64,000 bases of DNA from an uncultured Prolixibacteraceae bacterium (GTDB lineage: Bacteria > Bacteroidota > Bacteroidia > Bacteroidales > FEN-979), in NCBI GenBank assembly GCA_964429135.1, contig CAYSAU010000007.1, forward strand, positions 18,456 to 82,455, in the 5' to 3' direction. The position numbers were made by a program, and so were the translations under genes. Under the pieces are notes generated by a model. It saw only the letters and a list, made by a program, of their open reading frames with translations. It did no database searches and was not told the origin of the DNA. Positions 1 through 8,693 of this stretch are shown one piece after another (position 1 is the first letter of the stretch; the number at the start of each line of letters is the position of its first letter).

Positions 1-1796
1 CGGTTAAAGCAATTCGTGTTGATGTGCTGACCGAATTGCCCTCTATTGTTTCCGATCGTTGTATTGGTTGTGGGAGTTGTTACAGGGCCTGTTCACCTGC
101 TGCTATTTTTTACCGGGATTCCATTGAAGAGACAAAAAGCTTGCTTTCTTCTGGAAAAAGAATTGCAGCCATCTGCGACCCGGCTATTTCAGGAGAGTTT
201 CATGACATTACTGATTACAGGAAGTTTGTCGAGATGATCAAACAACTTGGCTTTGCCTATGTCAGCGAAGTTTCTTTCGGAGTTGACCTCATCGCTTCCA
301 AATACAAAGAATTGTTTGATGATTTTAAAGGCAAATTTCATATTACTGGAAATTGTCCGGCTGTGGTTTCTTTTATTGTTAAGTATTATCCCCACTTGAT
401 TACCCATCTGATCCCTCTGGTCTCTCCTATGGCTGCGACTGCCAAGGTGCTTCGCCACCGGTATGGACAGGATCTGAGCATTGTTTTTATTGGTCCTTGT
501 ATTGCAACAAAAGATGAAGCATTAACCTATACCGGTGATGCAACCATAGATGCCGTACTGACATTTGTGGAATTAAGGCAATTATTCACCAGAATGAATA
601 TCAGGGAAAGCCAGGTTGAATTTTCTGAATTCGATCCCCCGCTTGGTTATAAAGGTTCTTTGTACCCGATTAGCAACGGGATATTGCAGGCGGTTGACGT
701 CAATGAGGATTTGCTTTCCGGAAGTGTAATTACAACGGAAGGCAGAAATAATATGCTGGATGCGGTCAAAGAATTTGATTCCCGCATCGACATGGTCAAA
801 CGCCACTTTAACATTTTTTATGATGAAGGATGTTTGATGGGACCAGGGACCTCTCCTGGGGGCGAAAAATTTTTACGCAGGACGTTGGTCACGGATTATG
901 CTAATAAACGTCTCCTGAATTTTGATAAAAATATATGGGAGAAGGACATGTTAACCTTCAGTAATCTCGAATACTCCCGGCAATATTTACCTGACGACCA
1001 GCGCATCCCCATCCCCCCGGAAGAGAAAATCCTTGAAGTATTGAAAATGATCAAGCGGGAAGGGGAAATGCATAATGAAATCGGTTGTGAAGCATGTGGA
1101 TATGCCAGGTGCAGGGATTTCGCGATAGCTATTGCACAAGGCTTGGCCACTACAGAAATGTGCCATGTGTTCAGTGGTAGGAATCGTCAGGAATATATTC
1201 AAACCCTGCGTTCCACCAATGAAAAACTGGCTAAAACCCAGGCTGCTTTAAAGGCTTCAGAAGAGAAATCAAAACAGGAACATGAAACCCAGAAAGAGTC
1301 TTCTGAGATCATTTCTTCCATGCTTCAAAAACTTGTTTCTGGCGTTGTGATAGTGGATGAAAACCTCAGGATCATTCAATCAAATAAAGCCTTTATCCGG
1401 ATTCTTGGAGAGGAAGCTGCCATGGTGGATGAGGTTATCCCCGGCTTGGCTGGCGCTGACCTGAAGTCTTTACTGCCGGTCCATTTTTATAAATTATTCT
1501 CCTATGTCTTTTCTTCAGATGAGTCCATCGAATATAAAGATGTGATGTATCAGGATAATAAATTAAGCGTTTCAATCTTTCCAATTAAGAATAAAAAATT
1601 TGCCGGCGCAATTCTAAGGGATATGTATATCCCCGAAGTCAGAAAGGAACAGATAATCAACCGGCTCACAGAAGTGATTGACGAAAATTTCGATATGGTT
1701 CAGAAAATTGCTTACCTTCTCGGTGAAGGAGCCGCGAAAACAGAGCAAATGCTTAACTCCATCATCGAATCACATCGGAATTTGCCCAAAAAATAA
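1..1796 (+). CDS. Sensory-type [FeFe]-hydrogenase-like protein (4Fe-4S ferredoxin, degenerate H-cluster domain, Cys-rich FeS motif, C-terminal PAS); 5' partial
   Basis: The frame of ORF 24..1796 stays open back to nt 3. The window opens with VKAIRVD, the sequence expected just after a first CxxCxxCxxxCP motif, so the gene probably starts upstream. A second motif CIGCGSCYRACSP is present. The protein aligns without gaps to the HydA paralogs in this window: TGNCP vs TSCCP, GPCIATKDE vs MPCLAKKYE, YDEGCLMGPG vs MACPGGCIGGG. It also has GCEACGYARCRD..C, a coiled-coil linker and a PAS-like C-terminus. Confidence 0.8.
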   Translation, partial: VKAIRVDVLTELPSIVSDRCIGCGSCYRACSPAAIFYRDSIEETKSLLSSGKRIAAICDPAISGEFHDITDYRKFVEMIKQLGFAYVSEVSFGVDLIASKYKELFDDFKGKFHITGNCPAVVSFIVKYYPHLITHLIPLVSPMAATAKVLRHRYGQDLSIVFIGPCIATKDEALTYTGDATIDAVLTFVELRQLFTRMNIRESQVEFSEFDPPLGYKGSLYPISNGILQAVDVNEDLLSGSVITTEGRNNMLDAVKEFDSRIDMVKRHFNIFYDEGCLMGPGTSPGGEKFLRRTLVTDYANKRLLNFDKNIWEKDMLTFSNLEYSRQYLPDDQRIPIPPEEKILEVLKMIKREGEMHNEIGCEACGYARCRDFAIAIAQGLATTEMCHVFSGRNRQEYIQTLRSTNEKLAKTQAALKASEEKSKQEHETQKESSEIISSMLQKLVSGVVIVDENLRIIQSNKAFIRILGEEAAMVDEVIPGLAGADLKSLLPVHFYKLFSYVFSSDESIEYKDVMYQDNKLSVSIFPIKNKKFAGAILRDMYIPEVRKEQIINRLTEVIDENFDMVQKIAYLLGEGAAKTEQMLNSIIESHRNLPKK

Positions 1797-1830
1797 TTTC
1801 CGATATAGAACATCGTAAATTATTTATCCT

Positions 1831-3015
1831 ATGAATGAAAAATTCTTCATTGAAGTCACCTGCCAGCAAAAAAGTCACGGAGATGCCCGAGTGTGTGGAG
1901 ATGTGTTCATTTCCCGGCGGATTAAAGAGGAAGGAAGAATCATTGTCGTGCTTTCGGATGGAATGGGACATGGCATCAAAGCAAATCTATTAGCTACACT
2001 TACTGCAACTTTAGCCGTTAACTTCACTCAGGAACATAAAAGTGTTCAGAAGATTGCTGAAATTATTATGAATACCCTTCCTGTTGATAGTGTCAAACAC
2101 TTGAATTATTCCACTTTCACCATTGTCGAGATCGATGTGGAAGGTGAGGTAAGGATTCTTGAATACGAAAATCCGAGGACACTGATCCTCAGGGGCGCTC
2201 ATATTCATGAACCCTTATGGAATTGCGTGGTATTGGATGGGGACAAACATGCGGGAAAGGAAGTGTTAAGCTGTTCCTTCCACCCTCACAAGGAAGACCG
2301 TATCGTTTTCTGCTCCGATGGAGTGATACAATCAGGATTGGGAAGTGAAAAATATCCTACGGGTTGGGGATTGTCAAACTTCGAAAAATTTGTTTTAAGT
2401 GCCATACAGGAAGAACATGATATTTCTGCCGTGAAGCTAGCTACCACCGTAGTGAACAGAGCCAATCTTAACGATGGTTTCCATCCCCTTGACGACATCA
2501 GTTGTGGCGTTATTTATTTCAGGCAACCCCGTAAACTGATGATATGTACCGGGCCTCCCCAGAATCCGGAAAATGACAAACTTTTTTGTGGTTTGTTGAA
2601 ACAATTTGAAGGAAAAAAAATTATTTCCGGAGCTACCACTGCCGACATGGTGGCCAGGGAATGGGAAGAAACCATTCAGGATAGCGATGTTATGCTTGAT
2701 CCTGAGTTGCCGCCGGTTGCACATATGAATGGTGTGGAACTCATCACAGAAGGCATTCTTACATTGAGTAAGGTCAGTGAGTTACTGAAACAGTATAATC
2801 AAAATATCAAACCCGGAAAAGGACCGGCAGACGAAATCATCAATTATATTCTTGAAAGCGATGAAATTCATTTCCTTGTCGGGACTAATATCAATACGGC
2901 ACATCAGGATCCGACCCTCCCGGTGGAACTTGAGCTCAGACGCACGGTAGTTCACCGTATTGCCCGGATCCTGGAAGAAAAATTCCTCAGGGAGGTCACC
3001 ATGAAGTTCTTCTGA
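1831..3015 (+). CDS. PP2C/SpoIIE-family serine phosphatase with an uncharacterised C-terminal domain of about 160 aa
   Basis: Shows ARVCGDVF, VVLSDGMGHGIKANLLA, FCSDGV and DDISCGVIYF, the SpoIIE/PP2C metal-binding Asp pattern. Starts 34 nt after the sensor gene on the same strand. Confidence 0.8.
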   Translation: MNEKFFIEVTCQQKSHGDARVCGDVFISRRIKEEGRIIVVLSDGMGHGIKANLLATLTATLAVNFTQEHKSVQKIAEIIMNTLPVDSVKHLNYSTFTIVEIDVEGEVRILEYENPRTLILRGAHIHEPLWNCVVLDGDKHAGKEVLSCSFHPHKEDRIVFCSDGVIQSGLGSEKYPTGWGLSNFEKFVLSAIQEEHDISAVKLATTVVNRANLNDGFHPLDDISCGVIYFRQPRKLMICTGPPQNPENDKLFCGLLKQFEGKKIISGATTADMVAREWEETIQDSDVMLDPELPPVAHMNGVELITEGILTLSKVSELLKQYNQNIKPGKGPADEIINYILESDEIHFLVGTNINTAHQDPTLPVELELRRTVVHRIARILEEKFLREVTMKFF

Positions 3016-3058
3016 TTTTGTTACCGTTCTCTACCTGATTGGTGACTTAGGTTAACAC

Positions 3059-3093
3059 GATAGCCTGCCTGATTTTCATCAGACAGGCTATCG
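3059..3093. terminator. Hairpin between convergent genes (imperfect 14-bp stem, no clear U-tract)
   Basis: cgatagcctgcctgattttcatcagacaggctatcg forms an inverted repeat with one mismatch. It lies between the PP2C stop and the nuoE-like stop. Confidence 0.35.
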
Positions 3094-3120
3094 TAAAATG
3101 AGTATTAACCAAAAAACAAA

Positions 3121-3606
3121 CTAGTTGCCATACTCGGCAACAATATCCTGAACTCCTTCCGGAGAAACACGTCCATAAACTTTTTCCCCGACCATAACTA
3201 CTGGGGCTAATCCGCAGGCTCCGACACAACGCAGACAACTCAGGGAAAATTTCCCGTCAGAAGTGGTTTCACCGACCTGAATTTTCAATTGACGCTTGAA
3301 TTCTTCGAGAACTTTTTCAGCTCCCCTCACATAGCATGCCGTTCCAAGGCAAATTGAAATGGGATGTTCCCCCTTTGGGGTCATCGTGAAAAAGGAGTAA
3401 AAAGTGACCACTCCGTACACATGAGCGACTGAAACTTTAAGTTCTTTGGCAATTACTTCCTGAACTTCGGCCGGGAGATAACCGAAAATACTTTGGGCTT
3501 TATGTAAAACGTTGATCAGTTCACCTTTTTCATGGTTAAAAGATTTACATACCTCTTTCAGTTCCTGAACTTTTCTATCCGATAATTTAATTTTTGCCAT
3601 AATCAA
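3121..3606 (-). CDS. NuoE/HydC/HndA-like thioredoxin-fold [2Fe-2S] subunit
   Basis: Has SICLGTACYVRG ... LRCVGACGLAP, the Cx4C..Cx3C pattern of the NuoE family. It is the last gene of the minus-strand hydrogenase operon. Confidence 0.85.
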   Translation of the reverse strand: MIMAKIKLSDRKVQELKEVCKSFNHEKGELINVLHKAQSIFGYLPAEVQEVIAKELKVSVAHVYGVVTFYSFFTMTPKGEHPISICLGTACYVRGAEKVLEEFKRQLKIQVGETTSDGKFSLSCLRCVGACGLAPVVMVGEKVYGRVSPEGVQDIVAEYGN

Positions 3607-3620
3607 TTTTTTTTCACTAA

Positions 3621-5393
3621 TTATTCTTCAATGAAAACATTCGCACTCTTGTCAAAATAATGCGTATGCAAAAGATGATGCGATTTTTCACTTAAGGGTT
3701 TTCCTAGGAATTCTTTGTAAAGTTCAACGATGAATGGATTTTCATGTGATTTACGAATGGGTTTTCCGGCATCTTCTCGGTAAATGGCAGCAGCTCTCTT
3801 TTTAAGAATTGAAGAATCTCCATGATGATAGGGTTGTCCACCACCTCCGATACAACCACCAGGGCAGGCCATGATTTCAATGGCATGGAACTGATTTTTC
3901 CCTGCCTGGATGTCTTCCAGTAATTTGCGTGCATTCCCCAATCCGTGAGCAATTCCGATATTGATCGGAAGTCCATCGAAATCAAGGGTGGCATGACGAA
4001 TGTTTTCCATGCCCCTTAATGCTTCAAACTCAACCTTCTCTAATTTTTTTCCGGTATATAATTCATAGGCAGTACGGCAGGCAGCTTCAATCACTCCGCC
4101 CGTGTTTCCGAATATTACTCCGGCACCGGAAGATTCGCCGAGGGGATTATCAAAATCCTCATCAGGCAGACTGTTAAAGTCAATATTGGCCTGTTTGATC
4201 AATTGGGCAAGTTCCCGGGTCGATAAGGAATAGTTGACATCCGGATCGCCATTCACCTTAAATTCATCCCGCTGGCATTCGTATTTTTTTGCAAGACAGG
4301 GCATAATAGAAACCACGATCAGGTTTTTCCGATCGATACCCAGTTTCTTCCCGAAATATTCCTTGGCAATGGGCCCAAACATCTGCTGAGGTGACTTGGC
4401 CGTTGAAGGAATGTCCATCATGTCAGGAAAATTATGTTCAAAGAAATTAACCCAACCCGGGCAACAGGAGGTGAGTATGGGCAGCTTTACCTCTTGATCA
4501 CCTTTGAGGTAACGGGTAAGACGGTCGAGTAATTCGCTTCCTTCTTCCATGATAGTCAGGTCGGCAGCAAAATCAGTGTCGAACACGTAGTCAAAACCGA
4601 GTCGTCGGAGTGCTGCGACCATCTTACCTGTTACCAGGGTGCCTGGCTCAAGGCCAAATTCTTCTCCCAATGCTGCCCTGACTGCCGGAGCGGTCTGAAC
4701 CACAACAGTTTTAGCAGGATCAGCCAGTGAATTAATGACATTGCGTGAATGATCCACTTCGGTTAATGCACCGGTAGGACAAACGGAAACGCACTGTCCA
4801 CAGTAAGTACAGGGGGATTTTTCGAGGTTCATTTCAAATGCAGGGGCTACAACGGCCATAAATCCCCTGTTTACAGCGGATAGCGCACCTACGGTCTGAA
4901 CATCATTACACATCATTTCACACCTGCGACACATAATGCATTTATCCACATCACGGATGATAGCTGGAGAGGTATCTTTACGATAGGTGGATTGTTCGCC
5001 CTGGAAGGGTATTTCACGAACTCCGAGTTGCTGAGCCAAGCTTTGGAGTTCACAATTACCCGACTTGGCACAGGTTAGGCATTCCGCAGGATGATCAGAA
5101 AGGATGAGTTCCAGTACGGTTCTGCGTGCGTTTAATACTCTTATATTATGGGTGTTAATTTCCATCCCCGGAGCCACATAAGTGGCGCAGGCAGGGGCGA
5201 GGTTTCTACGTCCCTTGATTTCAACCACACAAATTCGACATCCTCCGGGACGATTTTCAATACCCATATCTTTCAGTTGAAAGTAGCAGAGGGTAGGTAT
5301 GTCAATGCCAATCGTCTTGGCTGCTTTTAATATCGTCGTGCCTTTTTCGGCTTCAACAGGTTTTCCGTCGATTGTCAGTTTTACCATTTCCAT
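3621..5393 (-). CDS. hydA: [FeFe]-hydrogenase catalytic subunit (M3-type, HydA/HndD-like), canonical H-cluster motifs
   Basis: N-terminal 2Fe-2S domain (TLCY..GGCRICVV..AC) and two CxxCxxCxxxCP motifs. H-cluster motifs TSCCPGW, MPCLAKKYE and EIMACPGGCIGGGGQP are all present. Confidence 0.92.
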   Translation of the reverse strand: MEMVKLTIDGKPVEAEKGTTILKAAKTIGIDIPTLCYFQLKDMGIENRPGGCRICVVEIKGRRNLAPACATYVAPGMEINTHNIRVLNARRTVLELILSDHPAECLTCAKSGNCELQSLAQQLGVREIPFQGEQSTYRKDTSPAIIRDVDKCIMCRRCEMMCNDVQTVGALSAVNRGFMAVVAPAFEMNLEKSPCTYCGQCVSVCPTGALTEVDHSRNVINSLADPAKTVVVQTAPAVRAALGEEFGLEPGTLVTGKMVAALRRLGFDYVFDTDFAADLTIMEEGSELLDRLTRYLKGDQEVKLPILTSCCPGWVNFFEHNFPDMMDIPSTAKSPQQMFGPIAKEYFGKKLGIDRKNLIVVSIMPCLAKKYECQRDEFKVNGDPDVNYSLSTRELAQLIKQANIDFNSLPDEDFDNPLGESSGAGVIFGNTGGVIEAACRTAYELYTGKKLEKVEFEALRGMENIRHATLDFDGLPINIGIAHGLGNARKLLEDIQAGKNQFHAIEIMACPGGCIGGGGQPYHHGDSSILKKRAAAIYREDAGKPIRKSHENPFIVELYKEFLGKPLSEKSHHLLHTHYFDKSANVFIEE

Positions 5394-5405
5394 GTATTCC
5401 TCCTG

Positions 5406-7199
5406 TTATTTAACAAAAATTGCATTGAACTTACATTTCTCCATACAGGCACCACATTTGATACATTTTTCCTGATCAATGAAGTGGGCTTGCTTACGCT
5501 CGCCTGAAATGGCATTGACAGGGCAATTTCTTGCACAAAGGGTACAGCCGATGCAGTTATCTGGATTGATAATGTATTGCATGAGGGCTTTGCAATTACC
5601 TGCCCGGCACTTTTTATCCATAACATGCTCAAGGTACTCATGGTAAAAATTATCGAGAGATGAAAGTACAGGGTTTGGTGAAGTCTGTCCAAGCCCGCAA
5701 AGCGAAGTGTCCTTGATAACATTGCTCAGATTTCTTAATTTATCAAGATCTTCAGGAAGTGCATGCCCGTTTGTTATCTTTTCAAGCATTTCAAATAAAC
5801 GTTTATTGCCAATCCTGCAAGGGGAACATTTTCCACAGGATTCTTCAACGGTAAATTCCAGATAGAATTTAGCCATGGCAACCATACAGTCATCTTCATC
5901 CATGACAATCATTCCTCCCGAACCCATCATGGAACCGGCTGCAATCAGGTTGTCATAGTCTATAGGCGTATCTAGATCTTTTTCCGTTAGCATACCACCG
6001 GAAGGACCACCCGTCTGAACGGCTTTAAACTTCCGGTCATTTTTAATTCCGCCTCCGATTTCATAGATGACCTCCCTGAGGGTAATGCCCATGGGAACTT
6101 CAATCAGGCCAACATTATTGATTTTTCCCGCCAGGGCAAAGACTTTCGTCCCTTTCGACTTTTCCGTTCCGATATGGGAAAACCAATCAGCTCCTTTATT
6201 GATGATGACTGGGATATTGGCATAGGTTTCAACATTATTGACATTGGTTGGTTTACCCAAAAAACCTGACTCTGAAGGGAATGGAGGTTTAAATGTAGGT
6301 TCACCTCTCAGACCTTCCATCGAATGAATAAGGGCTGTTTCTTCACCGCATACGAACGCTCCGGCACCATAACGGATCTCAATATCAAAATTAAAACCTG
6401 TGCCTAAAATATCCTTTCCAAGTAAACCATATTCTCTTGCCTGGTTCATGGCAATTTTGAGACGCTCAACAGCCAGCGGGTATTCAGCACGTATGTAAAT
6501 CAGTCCTCTGTCAGCCCCTGTACAGTACCCATTGATGGCCATGGCCTCAAGCACGGTATGGGGGTCCCCTTCAAGGACAGATCGGTCCATAAATGCGCCT
6601 GGATCACCTTCATCTGCATTACAGACAACATATTTCTGATCGGATTCAACTTTTCTTGTGATTTCCCATTTCAATCCGGTCGGGAAGCCTCCTCCTCCGC
6701 GGCCGCGAAGCCCCGATTTTTTTATGATTTCAATGGTGGCTTCGGGGGATAGTTCAGTCAGTACTTTTCCTATCGCCTGATAGCCATCCCTGGCGATATA
6801 TTCATCAATATTCTCGGGATTGATAACACCACAGTTTCGTAACGCGATCCTGATTTGTTTCCTTGGAACAAGCTTGGGTTTCGAATCGCTGATGCCTTTA
6901 TTGGCTTCAGTGTCATCCAATAACAAACGATTGACTGTTTTTCCTTTAAGAATGTGTTCCTCAAGGATATCCTTGCAATCTTCAGGAGTAACGTTGAGAT
7001 AGAAGGTATTATCCGGGAGTATGTTTACAATGGGACCTTTTTCACAGAAACCAAAACAACCGGTTTTAATCACTTGAACTACAGACTCAAGCCCTTTTTC
7101 CGAAATTATCTCCTGAAAAGCGCTCAGGATGTTTTCACTCTGGGAGGCTTGACATACCGAGCCGCCGCAAACGAGGATATGGTATTTTATTTTTGTCAT
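5406..7199 (-). CDS. hydB: NuoF-like flavoprotein subunit HydB/HndC, full-length type (N-terminal Trx-like 2Fe-2S, FMN/NADH core, C-terminal 2x[4Fe-4S])
   Basis: Shows HILVCGGSVCQ..TGCFGFC, GLRGRGGGGFPTG, CNADEGDPGAF, EESCGKCSPCR, CGLGQ, then CIGCTLCARNCP and CIKCGACMEKC. The start is chosen at MTKIKYH (7199). The ORF-track start at 7229 would overlap the upstream gene. Confidence 0.9.
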   Translation of the reverse strand: MTKIKYHILVCGGSVCQASQSENILSAFQEIISEKGLESVVQVIKTGCFGFCEKGPIVNILPDNTFYLNVTPEDCKDILEEHILKGKTVNRLLLDDTEANKGISDSKPKLVPRKQIRIALRNCGVINPENIDEYIARDGYQAIGKVLTELSPEATIEIIKKSGLRGRGGGGFPTGLKWEITRKVESDQKYVVCNADEGDPGAFMDRSVLEGDPHTVLEAMAINGYCTGADRGLIYIRAEYPLAVERLKIAMNQAREYGLLGKDILGTGFNFDIEIRYGAGAFVCGEETALIHSMEGLRGEPTFKPPFPSESGFLGKPTNVNNVETYANIPVIINKGADWFSHIGTEKSKGTKVFALAGKINNVGLIEVPMGITLREVIYEIGGGIKNDRKFKAVQTGGPSGGMLTEKDLDTPIDYDNLIAAGSMMGSGGMIVMDEDDCMVAMAKFYLEFTVEESCGKCSPCRIGNKRLFEMLEKITNGHALPEDLDKLRNLSNVIKDTSLCGLGQTSPNPVLSSLDNFYHEYLEHVMDKKCRAGNCKALMQYIINPDNCIGCTLCARNCPVNAISGERKQAHFIDQEKCIKCGACMEKCKFNAIFVK

Positions 7200-7215
7200 T
7201 ATTCGATTCCCGGAT

Positions 7216-7614
7216 TTATGGTTTATCAATCGATTCGTAATTCACAGGGATAATGCCTTCTACTAGTTCGTTGTTCAGGATAAATTTATCAATAAGCTTG
7301 GATGCTTTTTTAATATCCACATATCCGAATGTGATTGGCTCATAACCCGGTTTGGTTATTTCAACGGTGGGTTCTGCATAGCAGTAGCCCATACAGCCGG
7401 TTTTAGTGACCGTTGCATGAATATTACGTTTGGCAAACTCTTCTATGAAAGCTTCCATCACTTCCTTTGCACCGGAAGCAATTCCACAGGTTGCCATGGC
7501 AACTTTCACCTGGATTAGTGGATCAGGCTCTGTACCTTGCCCACTATGAACAATTTTCGACTTCAGGTTTTTCTGCAGGCTTTTTAACTCGGCTACAGAT
7601 TTTATCTTTTCCAT
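7216..7614 (-). CDS. Small thioredoxin-like ferredoxin-fold protein (HndB-like), first gene of the hydrogenase operon
   Basis: Shows VAMATCGIASGAKEV...KTGCMGYCYAEP, which resembles the N-terminal domain of HydB. Only 3 Cys are visible. Confidence 0.7.
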   Translation of the reverse strand: MEKIKSVAELKSLQKNLKSKIVHSGQGTEPDPLIQVKVAMATCGIASGAKEVMEAFIEEFAKRNIHATVTKTGCMGYCYAEPTVEITKPGYEPITFGYVDIKKASKLIDKFILNNELVEGIIPVNYESIDKP

Positions 7615-7707
7615 ATGCGATCAACTTAAATACATACTATCTGAATATGCTTTTCATGGGTAAACCCTTAATGCAAAAATGCAAATTTTTATGATTACTT
7701 TGTATTC

Positions 7708-7725
7708 TTGTTATTGCTTTCACAA
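7708..7725. promoter_or_regulatory. Rex-like operator (TTGTGAAAGCAATAACAA read on the minus strand)
   Basis: Matches 12 of the 14 specified positions of TTGTGAA-N4-TTCACAA. It is 17/18 identical to the site at 15013..15030 and sits at nearly the same distance (about 95-115 nt) from the operon start codon. Confidence 0.5.
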
Positions 7726-7795
7726 GATAATTTTTTAATTCATGTTTTTCATTATTCAAAAATTAAAAAATGTATTGCGCACTTCATTTCGGGCA

Positions 7796-7803
7796 CAAAA
7801 ATA
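7796..7803 (-). promoter_or_regulatory. Candidate Bacteroidota -7 box TATTTTTG for the hydrogenase operon
   Basis: Plus-strand CAAAAATA is TAnnTTTG on the minus strand. This would imply a leader of about 175 nt. Confidence 0.3.
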
Positions 7804-7833
7804 CAAATCTCAAAAATCGTGTGCAAATATTTT

Positions 7834-7868
7834 ATGTTAAATTATTCACATTGTTAATAAATTCACAC
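7834..7868. promoter_or_regulatory. Two abutting Rex-like operators (ATGTTAAATTATTCACAT and TTGTTAATAAATTCACAC)
   Basis: They match 11/14 and 12/14 of the TTGTGAA-N4-TTCACAA consensus and share one base at 7851. Confidence 0.4.
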
Positions 7869-7964
7869 ATATTAACAGTTATGAAAACATAAAACATGGT
7901 AATTCAAGGCACTGAATAAAAATTTTTGCAGAAAAATGATGCTGTCTGAGAATGCTTTCCTGCT

Positions 7965-8660
7965 TTATATCCGGATCAGACGAAAGCCATTGCCATGAAT
8001 GTTGGCAATTTCTATAGAGGGGTCTGCTTTGAGATATTTTCTCAATCGGGCAATAAACACGTCCATGCTTCTTCCATTGAAGTAATTATCAGTCCCCCAA
8101 ATTTTCTCAAGAGCATCTTTTCTGGTTAATATTCCTTCTTTGGATATACAAAGCATTCGTAGTAAGCTGGCTTCTTTTGGAGATAATTGTTGAGAAGTAT
8201 TGTTGATACTTAAGGTACGCAGGGCGTAATTAAAAGTAAACTTTCCCACCTGGATTTCTTTCATCAAAGAGTCGCTTTCTTCTACCTTTGGGTGTCTTTT
8301 CAGGATTGCCATGAGCTTATACAACAACACTTCTGAATCAAAGGGTTTGGTTATATAATCATCTGCTCCTGTTCGGAATCCCTCAAGCATATCTGTTTTC
8401 AATGTTTTTGCAGTGAGAAAGATAAAAGGGATATCACTGTTGGTCTTTTTAATTTCTTTGGCAAGGGTAAAGCCATCCATCTCTGGCATCATCACATCCA
8501 GGATACAGATGTCCACGGTTTCGCTTTTAAAGGCGGAAAGTCCTTGTTTCCCGTCACTTTTCAGGATTACTTCGAAATCATTCAGCTCAAGATATGACTT
8601 CAGGATTGACCCGAAGTTGGGATCATCTTCGACTAGCAGGATTTTTATTTTGTTGTTCAT
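7965..8660 (-). CDS. OmpR-family response regulator (receiver plus winged-helix)
   Basis: Shows ILLVEDD, DICILDVMMPEMDG and LTAK, with a C-terminal trans_reg_C-like LSPKEASLL...GNGFRL. Confidence 0.9.
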   Translation of the reverse strand: MNNKIKILLVEDDPNFGSILKSYLELNDFEVILKSDGKQGLSAFKSETVDICILDVMMPEMDGFTLAKEIKKTNSDIPFIFLTAKTLKTDMLEGFRTGADDYITKPFDSEVLLYKLMAILKRHPKVEESDSLMKEIQVGKFTFNYALRTLSINNTSQQLSPKEASLLRMLCISKEGILTRKDALEKIWGTDNYFNGRSMDVFIARLRKYLKADPSIEIANIHGNGFRLIRI

Positions 8661-8693
8661 TGCATTCCTCCTTCTCTTCTTTGATGGGTAAAA

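Noticed and set aside
7736-7753. A mini-ORF ATGAAAAACATGAATTAA (MKNMN) on the minus strand in the hydrogenase leader.
   Set aside because: It is too short and lies in AT-rich sequence where such ORFs arise by chance. There is no attenuator-like structure around it.
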